Below are positions 50,401 through 64,000 of a stretch of 64,000 nt of DNA, in pieces. The notes below the pieces were generated by a model that worked only from the letters and a program-made list of their open reading frames with translations, ran no database searches and was not told the DNA's origin. The position numbers and the translations under genes were made by a program. Origin of the DNA: Antedon mediterranea (Eukaryota; Animalia; Echinodermata). The stretch lies in contig NC_092673.1 of assembly GCF_964355755.1 (NCBI RefSeq), forward strand, positions 27,153,648-27,217,647, written 5' to 3'. Position 1 is the stretch's first letter. Every line of letters starts with the position of its first letter.

Positions 50401-53400
50401 CGATATGTTCTGTTTACACATTTTAGAGAAACGCGATCCACAAAAAGGAAGGATGGAAAGAAGAACTAGACATGAAACTCGTCACTTTGACGAGTTAGTT
50501 ATCCGCTCGACAAACGCCACGCGCACGTCATACGTTAGAATATTGTACACAGAAAAATATTAAGGCATTATGACCTGAACTGAAGAATATGATATGCTGT
50601 TATTAGTGCTGAATTCTGTCAATTTTGTGTCATATAGTATATACATGCAAACAGTATAATCTGTATACATATTACATACAGTGTAGAAAAGGTGAAATTA
50701 CGGGACCCGCCATTTATTCCAATTTTTAACATGGCGACGGTATCAAAATGAAACACTTAGATAGCAATTTCAGAAGGAAATTATCTCAGGAACAACATAT
50801 TAACGTGTAGAAGAAATTTGAATACGTAAAATATAGATGCGCACCCTTTTAAATGTGATGAACTATTACGCAAAATATGAAAATACGTCTTTTTTTATTC
50901 AACTGGCCATATGATGACGTCCCAACATCCGATTGGCAAAATGTTTACATGAATTCGTATCTACAATCCAATAGCTTCCAGAAAACGTTTTAATCGTGAT
51001 TATCACATTTTATTCTGATGAGCTATAACAGATTAAAATTCACTGTAAAGATAAATATAAGTGACCCACGTTATTTATATTTTTAGACATTATGACGTCA
51101 TAAAAATAAAAAAATGTTTACTCTTGCGTAAGATAGTTGATTGACCTAGAAAATTTCAAAATCTGGGTTAAAATGGAATACGGATAAGTGGAGAGGTGCT
51201 CTATTAAATGAGATGCGCTATGACGAAAGATACAAAAATCCTATATTTTATATTCGCGTGGCCATACGATGACGTCACAATGTCCCGTTTGCCATATCAA
51301 TGCATGATTCCTTATCTACAACTTATCATCTTCCTGGATATGTAATTTAAACAAAGTTCACCTCGTAGTTTAGAATCTATGATTGTTTAAAAAAAGGTAT
51401 AATTTTGACAAATGTTTGAACTTTTTCCTCAAAAACGCACATAAATTATCCAATTCGACGTGCCCGTATGACGTAATTTGAAGTCGAAATTGTTTCAAAG
51501 TTGGTAAAATTACTATAAAAGGCTTGAAAACATAAATCACGAGAGAAAAATGGTTTTCAACGCTACGTTCGCACCGCGCGCGTAAAAAAAAGCGCGCGCG
51601 TGGGAATTTTTTACATGCTTAAAATGACATGAAACACGTAGAAAGTTGATTAGAAATTGATTTTTCGCATTTTGAATTTTAAATTAGCGTGCGCGCGTAA
51701 CTTTGTGTAAAACACGCAATTTTTTATCCACAGAAAGTTAGCGCATGATATAAATTAAACTTTTGCTAAGTTTCAATTTAAATTGTTATATGGTTTTAAA
51801 TCTATGTTAAATACGCGAAATTCATAAAATTGTGCGTAAGTCACGTTGCGCATTTCTGACGTCATTCACAATAGGAGGTGCACAACTTCACGTGAATGCC
51901 CATATGTTGACAAAGTTATGAAATGTTATGTTTACACGTTTTTTAGATACGCGAGACACAAAAATAGAGGAGAAATGCGCGTGCGCGCGTAACGTCTTGT
52001 AAAACATGCCATTTTTAATCCACAAAAAGTTTTCCCTTGATATGACTTAAATTTTCACAAAGTGTCAAAACAAATTTATGCTTGGTTTTTAGTCTATGAT
52101 CAATCATAAAAAATCATAAAATCGCACGTAAGTCACGTTGCGCAACTCTGACGTCATTCAAAAATAGGAGGTGCACAACTTCACGTAAATGTCCATATGT
52201 TGACAAAGTAATGAAATGTTATGTTTACAAGTTTTTGAGATACGTGAGACACAAAAATGAGGGAGAAAGAAATAAGAAAAACTAGACATGTAACTCGTCA
52301 CTTTGACGAGTTAGTTATCCGCACGACAAACGCCACGTGCACGTCATACGTTAGAATATTGCACACAGAAAAAATTATGGCATTATGACCTGATCTGAAG
52401 AATATGATATGTTGTTAGTGCTGAATTCTGTCAATTTTGTGTCATATAGTATATACATGCAAACAGTATAATCTGTATACATGTTACATACAGTGTAGAA
52501 TAGGTGAAATTACGGGACCCGCCATTTATTCAAATTTGTAACATGGCGACGGTATCAAGATGAAACACTAAGATAGCAATTTCGGAAGCAAATTATCTCA
52601 GCAACAACATATTAACGTGTAGAAGAAATTTGAATACGTTTAATATTGATGCGCGCTCTTTTAAATATAATGAACTATGATGCAAAAGATGAAAATACGA
52701 CTTTTTTTATTTAACTTGCAATATGATGACGTCACAGCATCTGATTGGCAAAATGTTCACATGATTTCATATCTACAATCCAAGAGCTTCCAGAAAATGT
52801 TTTAATCGTGATTATCACATTTTATTTTGACGGGCTATTACAGATTAAAATTTACTGTAAAGATGAAATTAATGACCCACGTAATTAAAATTTTTAGGCA
52901 TGATGACGTCATAAAAATTAAAATATTTTTATCTCATGCGAAAGATAGTTGATTGACCTAGACAATATTAAAATCTCGGAGAAAAAGAAATACGTATAAG
53001 CGTGATGCGCTCCATTGAATGTGATGAGCAATAACGAAAGACAAAAAAATCCTATATTTTACATTCGTGTGGCCATATGATGACGTCACAACATCCGTGA
53101 GGTAAAAATTCTGCATGAATTCATATCTACAACATATCTGCTTACATATTAAGTTAAAAAAATTAGGGGTAATCGTTGATCCTGAGAAGCTATAAAACAT
53201 TCAAAATAGGCATAATTTTGACAACATTTTGTAACTTTTTCAACTAAAACGCGCGCAAATGGGCTAAATCAACGTGTTCGTATGACGTAATTTTAATTTG
53301 AAATGATGTCAATCTTTTTGAAAATGACTAGGAAAGGCTGGAAAATCACAATTCAAGAGAAAAAAACATGATTTTCATGCTCTATGCGCACCGTGCGCGT

Positions 53401-56400
53401 AATATTTTTCGCGCGCGCGGTAATTTTGTACATGCTTAAAATGACATGAAACGCGTAGAAAGTTGATTAGAAATTATTTTTGCGCATTTTGAAATTTTAA
53501 ATGCGCGTGCGCGCGTAACTTCGTGTAAAACACGCAATTTTTTTCAAACAGAAAGTTAGCGCATGATATAAATTAAACTTTCACAAAGTGTCAATTAAAA
53601 ATCACTTTTAGTTTTTAATCTATGATCAATCATAAAAAATCATAAAATCGCGCGTAAGTCACGTTGCGCAACTCTGACGTAATTCAAAAATAGGAGGTGC
53701 ACAACTTCACGTAAATGCCCACATGTTGTCAAAGTTATAAAATGTTATGTTTACACATTTTAGAGAAACGCTCTACACAAAAATAGCGAGAAAGAAAGAA
53801 GAATAATACAGAAAAAAATATTGATCCCATACAATAACAAGGAGTTATCCGCCAAGTGCGGATAACTAACTAGACATGAAACTCGTCACTTTGACGAGTT
53901 AGTTATCCGCTCGCGACAAACGCCACGTGCACGTCATACGTTGGAATGTTGCACACAGAAAAGATTATGGCATTATGACCTGAACTGAAGAATATGATAC
54001 GTTGTTAGTGCTAAATTCTGTCTATTTTGTGTCATATAGTATATACATTTTAAAGTACACAGTATAACACCTAATTTAAATTTTTAGGCATGATGATGTC
54101 ATAAAAATTAAATATTTTTAACACATGCATAAGATAGTTGATTGACCTAGACAATATTAAAATCTCGGAGAAAAAGGAATACAGATAACGGTGATGCGCT
54201 CCATTTAATGTGAGGAGCAATAATGAAAGAGACAAAAATCATATATTTTACATTCGTGTGACCATACGATGACGTCACAATGTCCGGTTAACCATATTGA
54301 TTAATGATCCGATATCTACAACTCATCACCTTCCAGAATATGTAAGTAAAAAAAAGTTTACCTCGTAGTTTAGAATCTATGATTGTTTAAAAAAAGGCAT
54401 AATTTTGACGAATTTTTGAATTTTTTCATTAAAAACACGCACAAATTGTACAATTCGACGTGCTCGTATGACGTAAGTTTAAGTCTAAATTGTTTTAAAA
54501 GTTGATAAAATTACTATAAAAGGCTGAAAAAACATAATTCATGCAAAAAAGATGTTTTTAGCGCTACGTGCGGACCACGCGCGCAAGATTGTTAGCGCGC
54601 GTGGGAATTTTTGACATGCTCAAAATGTCATGATCAGCGTAGAAAGTTGATTAGAAATTAATTTTGCGCATTTTAAATTTTAAATGCGCGTGCGCGCGTA
54701 ACTTCGTGTAAAACATGCCATTTTTAGTGCACAAAAAGTTAGCGCAAGATATAAATTAAACTTTTGCTAAGTTTCAATTTAAATTGTTATATGGTTTTCA
54801 ATCTATGTTAAATACGCGAAATTCATAAAATCTCGCGTAAGTCACGTTGCGCATTTCTGAGGTCATTCACAATAGGAGGTGCACAACTTCACGTGAATGC
54901 CCATATGTTGACAAAGTTATGAAATGTTATATTTACACGTTTTTGAGATACGCGAGACACAAAAATGGAGGAGAAATGCGCGTGTGCACGTAAACTTCTT
55001 GTAAAACATGCCATTTTTAATCCATAGAAAGTTTGCCCTTGATATGACTTAAATATTCACCAAGTGTCAATACAAAATGACTTTTATTTTTTATCCTATG
55101 ATCAATCAATGAAATTCAAAAAATCGCGCGTAAGTCACGTTGCGCAACTCTGACGTCATTAAAAAATAGGAGGTGCACAACTTCACGTAAATGTCCGTAT
55201 GATGACAAAGTTATGAAATGTTATGTGTACAAGTTTTTGAGATACGCGAGACACAAAAATGGAGGAGAAAGAAAGAAGAATAATACTAGACATGAAACTC
55301 GTCACTTTGACGAGTTAGTTATCCGCACGACAAACGCCACGTGCACGTCATACGTTGGAATATTGCACACCGAAAAAGATTATGTCATTATGACCTGAAC
55401 TGAAGAATATGATGTGTTGTTAGTACTGAATGCTGTATATTTTCTGTCATATAGTATACACAGTATAATCTGTATGCATGTCACAAACAGTGTAAAATAG
55501 GTGAAATTACGGGACCCGTATTTTATTTTAATTTTCAAAAGGAAACGCGAAGGTACAGTAGTAATTTCGGAAGAAAAGTATCTCAGCAACAACATATTAA
55601 CGTTTAGAAGAAATTTGAATACGTGAAATATTAATGCGCGCTTTTTTAAATGTAATGAACTATGACGCAAAAGATGAAAATATGACTTTGTTTATTTAAC
55701 TGGCCATATGATGACGTCACAACATCTGATTGGCAAAAAGTTTACATGATTTCGTATCTACAATCCCATAGCTTCCTGAAAACGTTTTAATCGTGATTAT
55801 CACATTTTATTCTTACGAGCTATAACAGATTAAAATTTACTGTAAAGATGAAATTAATGACGCTGTTAATTAAAATTTTTAGGCATGGTGACGTCATAAA
55901 AATTAAAATATTTTTAACTCATGCGTAAGATAGTTGATTGACCTAGACAATATTAAAATCTCAGAGAAAAAGGAATACAGATAGGCGTGATGCGCTCCAT
56001 TGAATATGATGAGCAATAACGAAAGAGACAAAAATCCTATATTTTACATTCGTGTGGCCATACGATGACGTGACGTCACACAATGTCCGGTTAGCCATAT
56101 TGATTCATGATCCGATTTCTACAACTCATCAACTTCCAGAATATGTAATTAAAAAAAAGTTCACCTCGTTGTTTAGAATCTATGACTTTTTAAAAAAAGG
56201 CATTATTTTGAAGAATTTTTTAACTTTTTCATTAAAAATGCGCGCAAATTGTACAATTCGACGTGCTCGTATGACGTAATTTTAAGTCGAAATTGTTAAA
56301 AAATTGGTAAAATTACTATAAAAGGCTGGAAAAACATAATTCATGCAAAAAAAACGTCTTTAGCGCTACGTGCGCACCGCGCGTGTAAAATTTTTCGCGC

Positions 56401-59400
56401 GCTTGGGAATTTTTGACATGCTCAAAATGTCATGATCAGCGTAGAAAGTTGATTAGAAATTAATTTTGCGCATTTTGAAATTTTAAATGCGTGTGCGCGC
56501 GTAACTTCTTGTAAAACATGCCATTTTTAATCCACAAAAAGTTTGCCCTTGATATGACTTAAATTTTCACTAATTGTCAAAATAAAATTATGCTTGGTTT
56601 TTAGTCTATGATCAATCATAAAAAATCATAAAATCGCGCGTAAGTCACGTTGCGCAACTCTGACGTCATTCAAAAATAGGAGGTGCACAACTTCACGTAA
56701 ATGTCCATATGCAGACAAAGTTATGAAATGTTATGTTTTCAAGTTTTTGAGATACGTGAGCCACAAAAATGAGGGAGAAAGAAAGAAGAAGAACTAGACA
56801 TGAAACTCGTCACTTTGACGAGTTAGTTATCCGCTCGACAAACGCCACGTGCACGTCATACGTTAGAATATTGCACACAGAAAAATATTAAGGCATTATG
56901 ACCTGAACTGAAGAATATGATATGTTGTTATTTATGAATTCTGTTATTTTGTGTCATATAGTATACACAGTACAATCTGTATACATATCACAAACAGTGT
57001 AAAATAGGTGAAATTACGGGACCCGTATTTTATTGTAATTTTTAACATCTTGACGGTTTCAAAATGAAATGCAAAAGTAGAAATTTCAGAATAAAATTAT
57101 CTCAGCAACAACATATTAACGTGTAGAAGAAATTTGAATACGTGAAATATTAATGCGCGCTCTTTTAAATGTAATGAAATATAACGCAAAAGATGAAAAT
57201 ACGACTTTTTTTATTTAACTGGCCATATGATGACGTCACAACATTCAATTGGCACAATTTTCACATGATTTTGTATCTACAATACAATAGCTTCCTGAAA
57301 ACGTTTTAATCGTGATTATCACATTTTATTCTTACGAGCTATAACAGATTAAAATTTACTGTAAAGATGAAATTAATGACCAACGTAATTTAAATTTTTA
57401 GGCATGATGACGTTAAAAAAATTAAAAAAATTTTAATTCATGCAAAAGATAGTTGATTGACCTAGAATATATTAAAATCGGGGTGAAAATGGACAACGAA
57501 TAAGTGGAGATGCGCTCTATTAAATGTGATGAGCTATGACGAAAGAGACAAAAATCCTATATTTTATATTCGCGTGGCCATACGATGACGTCACAATGTC
57601 CGGTTAGCCATATTTATTAATGATCCGATATCTACAACTCATCACCTTCCAGAATATGTAAGTAAAAAAAAGTTCTCCACGTAGTTTAGAATCTATGATT
57701 GTTTAAAAAAAGGCATAATTTTGACGAATTTTTGAATTTTTTCTTTAAAAACACGCACAAATTGTATAATTCGACGTGCTCGTATGACGTAATTTTAAGT
57801 CTAAATTGTTTTAAAATTTGATAAAATTACTATAAAAGGCTGGAAAGACATAATTCACGCAAAAACAGATGTTTTTAGCGCTACGTGCGGACCACGCGCG
57901 TAAAATTGTTCGCGCGCGTGGGAATTTTTGACATGGTCAAAATGTCATGATCAGCGTAGAAAGTTGATTAGAAATTAATTTTGCGCATTTTAAATTTTAA
58001 ATGCGCGTGCGCGCGTAACTTCGTTTAAAAAATGCCATTTTTAGTGCACAAAAAGTTAGCGCAAGATGTAAATTAAACTTTTGCTAAGTTTCAACTTACA
58101 TAGTTATATGGTTTTCAATCTATGTTGAATACGGGAAATTCATAAAATCACGCGTAAGTCACGTTACGCATTTCTGACGTCATTCACAATAGTAGGTGCA
58201 CAACTTAACGTGAATGCCCATATGTTGACAAAGTTATGAAATGTTATGTTTACACATTTTTGATATAAGCGAGACACAAAAATAGAGGAGAAATGCGCGT
58301 GCGCGAGTAATGTCTTGTAAAACATGGCATTTTTAATCCACAAAAAGTTTGCCCTTGATATGACTTAAATTTTCAGAAAGTGTCAAAATAAAATTATGCT
58401 TGGTTTTTAGCCTATGATCAATCATAAAAAATCATAAAATCGCACGTAAGTCACATTGCGCAACTCTGACGTCATTCAAAATAGGAGGTGCACAACTTCA
58501 CGTAAATGCCCATATGTTGACAAAGTTATGAAATGTTATGTTTACAAGTTTTTGAGATACGCGAGACACAAAAATGGAGGAGAAAGAAAGAAGAATAATA
58601 TAAAGAAAAAAAAAAAGATCCAGGACGATTACAAGGAGTTATCCGCTACTAAGCGGATAACTAAAAAAAAGTAACAGGACGATTACAAGGAGTTATCCGC
58701 TGAATGCGGATAACTAACTAGACATGAAACTCGTCACTTTGACGAGTTAGTTATCCGCTCGACAAACGCCACGTGCACGTCATACGTTAGAATATTGCAC
58801 ACAGAAAAATATTAAGGCATTATGACCTGAACTGAAGAATATGATATGTTGTTATTTCTGAATTCTGTTATTTTGTGTCATATACATAGTATACACAGTA
58901 CAATCTGTATACATATCACAAACAGTGCAAAATAGGTGAAATTACGGGACCCGTATTTTATTGTAATTTTTAACATCTTGACGGTTTCAAAATGAAATGC
59001 AAAAGTAGAAATTTCAGAATGAAATTATCTCAGCAACAACATATTAACGTGTAGAAGAAATTTGAATACGTGAAATATTGATGCGCGCTCTTTTAAATGC
59101 AATGAAATATAACGCAAAAGATGAAAATACGACTTTTTGTATTTAACTGGCCATATGATGACGTCACAACATTCGAATGGGACAATTTTTACATGATTTT
59201 GTATCTACAATACAATAGCTTCCTGAAAACGTTTTAATCGTGATTATCACATTTTATTCTTACGAGGTATAACAGATTAAAATTTACTGTAAAGATGAAA
59301 TTAATGACCAATGTAATTTAAATTTTTAGGCATGATGACGTTAAAAAAATTAAAAAATTTTTAATTCATGCAAAACATAGTTGATAGACCTAGAATATAT

Positions 59401-62400
59401 TAAAATCGGGGTGAAAATGAACAACGAATAAGTGGAGATGCGCTCTATTAAATGTGATGAGCTATGACGAAAGAGACAAAAATTCTATATTTTATATTCG
59501 CGTGGCTATACGATGATGTCACAATGTCCGGTTAGCCATATTAATGCATGATTCGATATCTACAACTCATCAACTTCCAGAATATGTAATTAAAAAAAAG
59601 TTCTCCACGTAGTTTAGAATCTATGACTGTTTAAAAATAGGCATAATTTTGACGAATTTTTGAACTTTTTCACCAGAAACGCGTGCAAATTATTTAATTC
59701 GACGTGCTCGTATGACGTAATTTTAAGTCGAAATTGTTTAAAAGTTGGTAACATTACTATAAAAAGCTGAAAAAACATAAATCACGCGAAAAAAATATGT
59801 TTTTAACGCTACGTGTGCACCGCGTGCGTAAAAAGTTTCGCGCGCGTGGGAATTTTTGACATGCTCAAAATGACATGAAACGCATAGAAAGTTGATTAGA
59901 CGTTGCTTTTTCGCACTCTAAAATTTTAAACGCGCGTGCGCGCGTAACTTTTTGTGAATGATGCTATTTTTAATCCATAGAAAGTTTGCGCTTGATGTGA
60001 CTTAAATTTTCACAAAGTGTCAAAACAAAATTATGTTTGGTTTTTAATTTATGATCAATCATTGAAATTCATAAAATCGCGCGTAATTCACGTTGCGCAA
60101 CTGTGACGTCATTCAAAAATAGGAGGTGCACAAGTTCACGTAAATGTCGATATGTTGACAAAGTTACGATATGTTCTGTTTACACGTTTTAGAGAAACGC
60201 GACGCACAAAAATGACAGAAGGAAAGAAGTATAATACAGAACTAGATTTGAACTCGTCACTACGGACGAGTTAGGTTATCCGCATCGCAAAAGCCACGCG
60301 CACGTCGTACGTTAGAATATTGCGCGCAGAAAAACGATTATGCCATTGAAAAAAATGTTAGTGCGCCCTCTATTTTGCGTCGCCTCTAAGTATACGGTAT
60401 AACACTATGTACTGAATACGTACTACATACAGTGCAGAATAGGTGAAAATAAGTGACCAAAGTTATTAACGCTTTTGAACATGATGACGTCATCACAATT
60501 TTTAAAATGGTGAATCGTGCGAAAGATAATTGATTGACCTAGACAATATAAAAAAAATGGGAGAAAATAGAATACGGATAAGTGGAGTTGCGCTCTATTT
60601 AATGTAACGAGCTATGAAGAAAGAGACAAAAATCCTATATTTTATATTCGAGTGGCCATACGATGACGTCATAAGGTCCGGTTAGCCATTTTGATGCATG
60701 ATTCGATATCTGCAACTCATCTACTACCAGAATATGTAATTATAAAAAAGTTCACCACGTAGTTTAGAATCTATGACAGTTTAAAAAAAGGCATAATTTT
60801 GACAAATTTTTGAAATTTTTCTTCAAAAATGCGCGCAAATTGTTTAATTCTACGTGCTCGTATGACGTGATTTTAAGTCGAAATTGATTTAAAATTGATA
60901 AATGTACTAGAAAAGGCTGAAAAAACAAAAATCAAGCAAAAAAAAGATGTTTTTGCGCTACGTGCGCACGCGCGCGTAAAAAAATTGCGCACGCGTGGGA
61001 ATTTTTGAAATGCTCAAAATGACATGAAACGCGTAGAAAGTTGATTAGAAATTGAATTTTCGCATTTTGAAATTTTAAACGCTCGTGCGCGCGTAACTTT
61101 TTGGAAAAGTGCCATTTTAAATCCATAGAAAGTTAGCGCATGATATAAATTACACTTTTGCCAAGTTTCAATTAAAATTGCTTTTTGGTTTTCAACCTAT
61201 GTTAAATACGCAAAATTCACAAAATTGCGCGTAACTTACGCTGCGCGACTCTAAAGTCAAAAAACGAGACGTCCTGCACATCTACAGCTACAGGTCAATC
61301 TTATGAAAAAGTTACACAATCTTCTGTTTGCCAGAATTTGAGATATGCGACCAACAAAATTCGTGGAAAGAAAGAAGAACATAGAAAAAAAAAGATCCTG
61401 ACAATAACAAGGGGTTATCCGCCAAGTGCGGATAACCAACTAGATTTGAACTCGTCACGTTGACGAGTTAGGCTATCGCCCAACGCATCGTAACACGAGC
61501 ATGTTATTTATTATGCTTAGTCTATAGGCTGCACTACAACGATTGTAACGAACAGCTGGAATGCATCAAAATCGTTCAGTAAGTGTCAACAGTTGACGGT
61601 ATTAGCATTGTAAACGGTTTAGTTGACGGTTATTTTTTATTTTACACCACTCACGTTTATTCAATTGTTTGAAAATGATGACCTTTTCAAATTAAAAAAA
61701 AAGTTCATAAGTCTAAAGAGGAATTGTTTTAGTAATAGAATATTGAAAATTGGAAGAAAATTGATAACGTTTACGCGGTATGCGCTCTATTGAATGTGAC
61801 GAACTGTGTCGAAAGAGACAAAATCGCTATATTTTACATTTGTGTGGCCATACGATGACGTCACAACAGCCCAGAGGTAAAAATTTTGAATGAATTCATA
61901 TCTACAACATATCTGCTTACATATTAAGTTAAAAAAATTGGGGGTCACCAGACATCCCGGCGAGCTATAATCGATTCAAAATAGGCATATTTTTACACAA
62001 ATTTGCATAAAATTACCAATTTTCAAGCGCACGATTTTTAAAGTTTGACGTGCACGTGTGTCATTATTTTGCATTCATAATTCATCAAATGTGAAAGAAA
62101 TATATCATAAAACTATGAAAAACAATAATCAAGCCCAAAAACGGGCTTTCTATGCTGCGTACGAGCGAAGTGCGCAAAAGCGCGCGCGCAACGCAAATTT
62201 TTTTGAAAAATGTGAAATGCTTAAAATGTCCTGAAACGTGTAGAAAGTTGATTAGAAATTGATTTTGAGCATTTTTAACTTTCAAAGCGCGCGTACGCGC
62301 GATTTGACCAATGTTCAAAATTTTGCTGATGATACAGGAAGATGACCCTTGACATGAAGCATACGTGTTTCAAGTGGTATTTAAAAATAGCTATTGGTTT

Positions 62401-64000
62401 TCAAGTTATAGTCAATCTAAGAATTTCAGAAAATCGCGCGTAGTTACGCTACGCGACAATATTTTCATTAAACCAAAGTGTGTTGCACAACTACATATAT
62501 ACGTGCATCTGCTGGCCAAGTTACAACATAACTGCTACCGCCGTTTTTGAGATCTGCTGCGCACAAAAATTGAGCAGAAAAAATGAAATTTGTGACAATA
62601 AATATAGGCTATCGCTCTACAGAGAGCGATAGCCTAAAAAAAAAAAAAATATGATGAAACAGGACGATTACAAGGAGTTATCCGCTACTAAGCGGATAAC
62701 TAACTAGACATGAAACTCGTCACTTTGACGAGTTAGTTATCCGCTCGACAAACGCCACGTGCACGTCATACGTTACAATATTGCGCACAGAAAAATATTA
62801 AGGCATTATGACCTGAACTGAAGAATATGATATGTTGTTATTTCTGAATTCTGTTATTTTGTGTCATATAGTATACAGAGTACAATCTGTATACATATCA
62901 CAAACAGTGTAAAATAGGTGAAATTACGGGACCCGTATTTTATTGTAATTTTTAACATCTTGACGGTTTCAAAATGAAATGCAAAAGTAGAAATTTCAGA
63001 ATGAAATTATCTCAGCAACAACATATTAACGTGTAGAAGAAATTTGAATACGTGAAATATTGATGCGCGCTCTTTTAAATGTAATGAAATATAATGCAAA
63101 AGATGAAAATACGACTTTTTTTATTTAACTGGCCATATGATGACGTCACGACATTCAATTGGCACAATTTACACATGATTTTGTATCTACAATACAATAG
63201 CTTCCTGAAAACGTTTTAATCGTGATTATCACATTTTATTCTTACGAGGTATAACAGATTAAAATTTACTGTAAAGATGAAATTAATGACCAACGTAATT
63301 TAAATTTTTAGGCATGATGACGTTAAAAAAATTAAAAAAATTTTAATTCATGCAAAAGATAGTTGATTGACCTAGAATATATTAAAATCGGGGTGAAAAT
63401 AGACAACGAATAAGTGGAGATGCGCTCTATTAAATGTGATGAGCTATGACGAAAGAGACAAAAATCCTATATTTTATATTCGCGTGGCCATACGATGACG
63501 TCACAATGTCCGGTTACCCATATTAATGCATGATCCGATATCTACAACTCATCAACTTCCAGAATATGTAATTAAAAAAAAGTTCTCCATGTAGTTTAGA
63601 ATCTATGACTGTTTAAAAATAGGCATAATTTTGACAAATTTTTGAACTTTTTCACCAAAAACGCGTGCAAATTATGTAATTCGACGTGCTCGTATGACGT
63701 AATTTTAAGTCGAAATTGTTTAAAAGTTGGTAACATTACTAGAAAAGGCTGAAAAAACATAAATCACGCGAAAAAAATATGTTTTTAACGCTACGTGTGC
63801 ACCGCGTGCGTAAAAATTTTCGCGCGCGTGGGAATTTTTGACATGCTCAAAATGACATGAAACGCATAGAAAGTTGATTAGAAGTTGATTTTTCGCATCC
63901 TAAAATTTTAAACGCACGTACGCGCGTAACTTTTTGTGAAACATGCTATTTTTAATCCATAGAAAGTTTGCGCTTGATATGACTTAAATTTTCACAAAGT
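47405..64000 (-). mobile_element. Nested cluster of at least 11 non-autonomous Helentron/HINE-like elements (1.2-1.9 kb each)
   Basis: CTAG ends at 47405, 48956, 50466, 52282, 53870, 55286, 56794, 58718, 60242, 61440 and 62704. Hairpin caps end at 53867, 58662, 58715, 61437, 62635 and 62701. All copies share one orientation and sit at A-rich (TT on -) sites. Confidence 0.85.

Noticed and set aside
47405-64000. Plain satellite DNA or rolling-circle head-to-tail concatemer
   Set aside because: Neighbouring units are different subfamilies with different truncation points and displaced caps. Concatemers should give near-identical units with complete junctions.

Overview
AT-rich, intron- and repeat-rich animal genomic DNA; a marine invertebrate, possibly an echinoderm-like deuterostome, is an inference only. 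It is not prokaryotic, and most ORF-track entries are spurious. Two host genes converge. (i) The last coding exon of a transgelin/myophilin (calponin-family) gene lies on + (2634-2852). (ii) Nine phase-compatible exons on - (15215 to 8039) encode a gp130/Domeless-type class I cytokine-receptor-like protein (Ig, cytokine-binding module, one FN3, TM). It has a degenerate WSxWS box, no Box1, and an out-of-frame Ser/Tyr-rich tail. The rest is a mosaic of 5'-truncated LINEs, tRNA-derived SINEs, MITEs (Harbinger-, Tc1/pogo-, Kolobok-, MULE-like) and palindromic minisatellites. The most striking structure is a pair of large clusters (1-2338 and 47405-64000) of 1.2-1.9 kb non-autonomous Helentron/HINE-type elements. 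These do not look like simple tandem repeats. They behave like Russian-doll nests: new copies insert next to the terminal hairpin of a resident copy, leaving stacks of displaced hairpin caps that pair with bodies in last-in-first-out order and superficially mimic a CRISPR array. All calls come from manual reading; no database searches were run.
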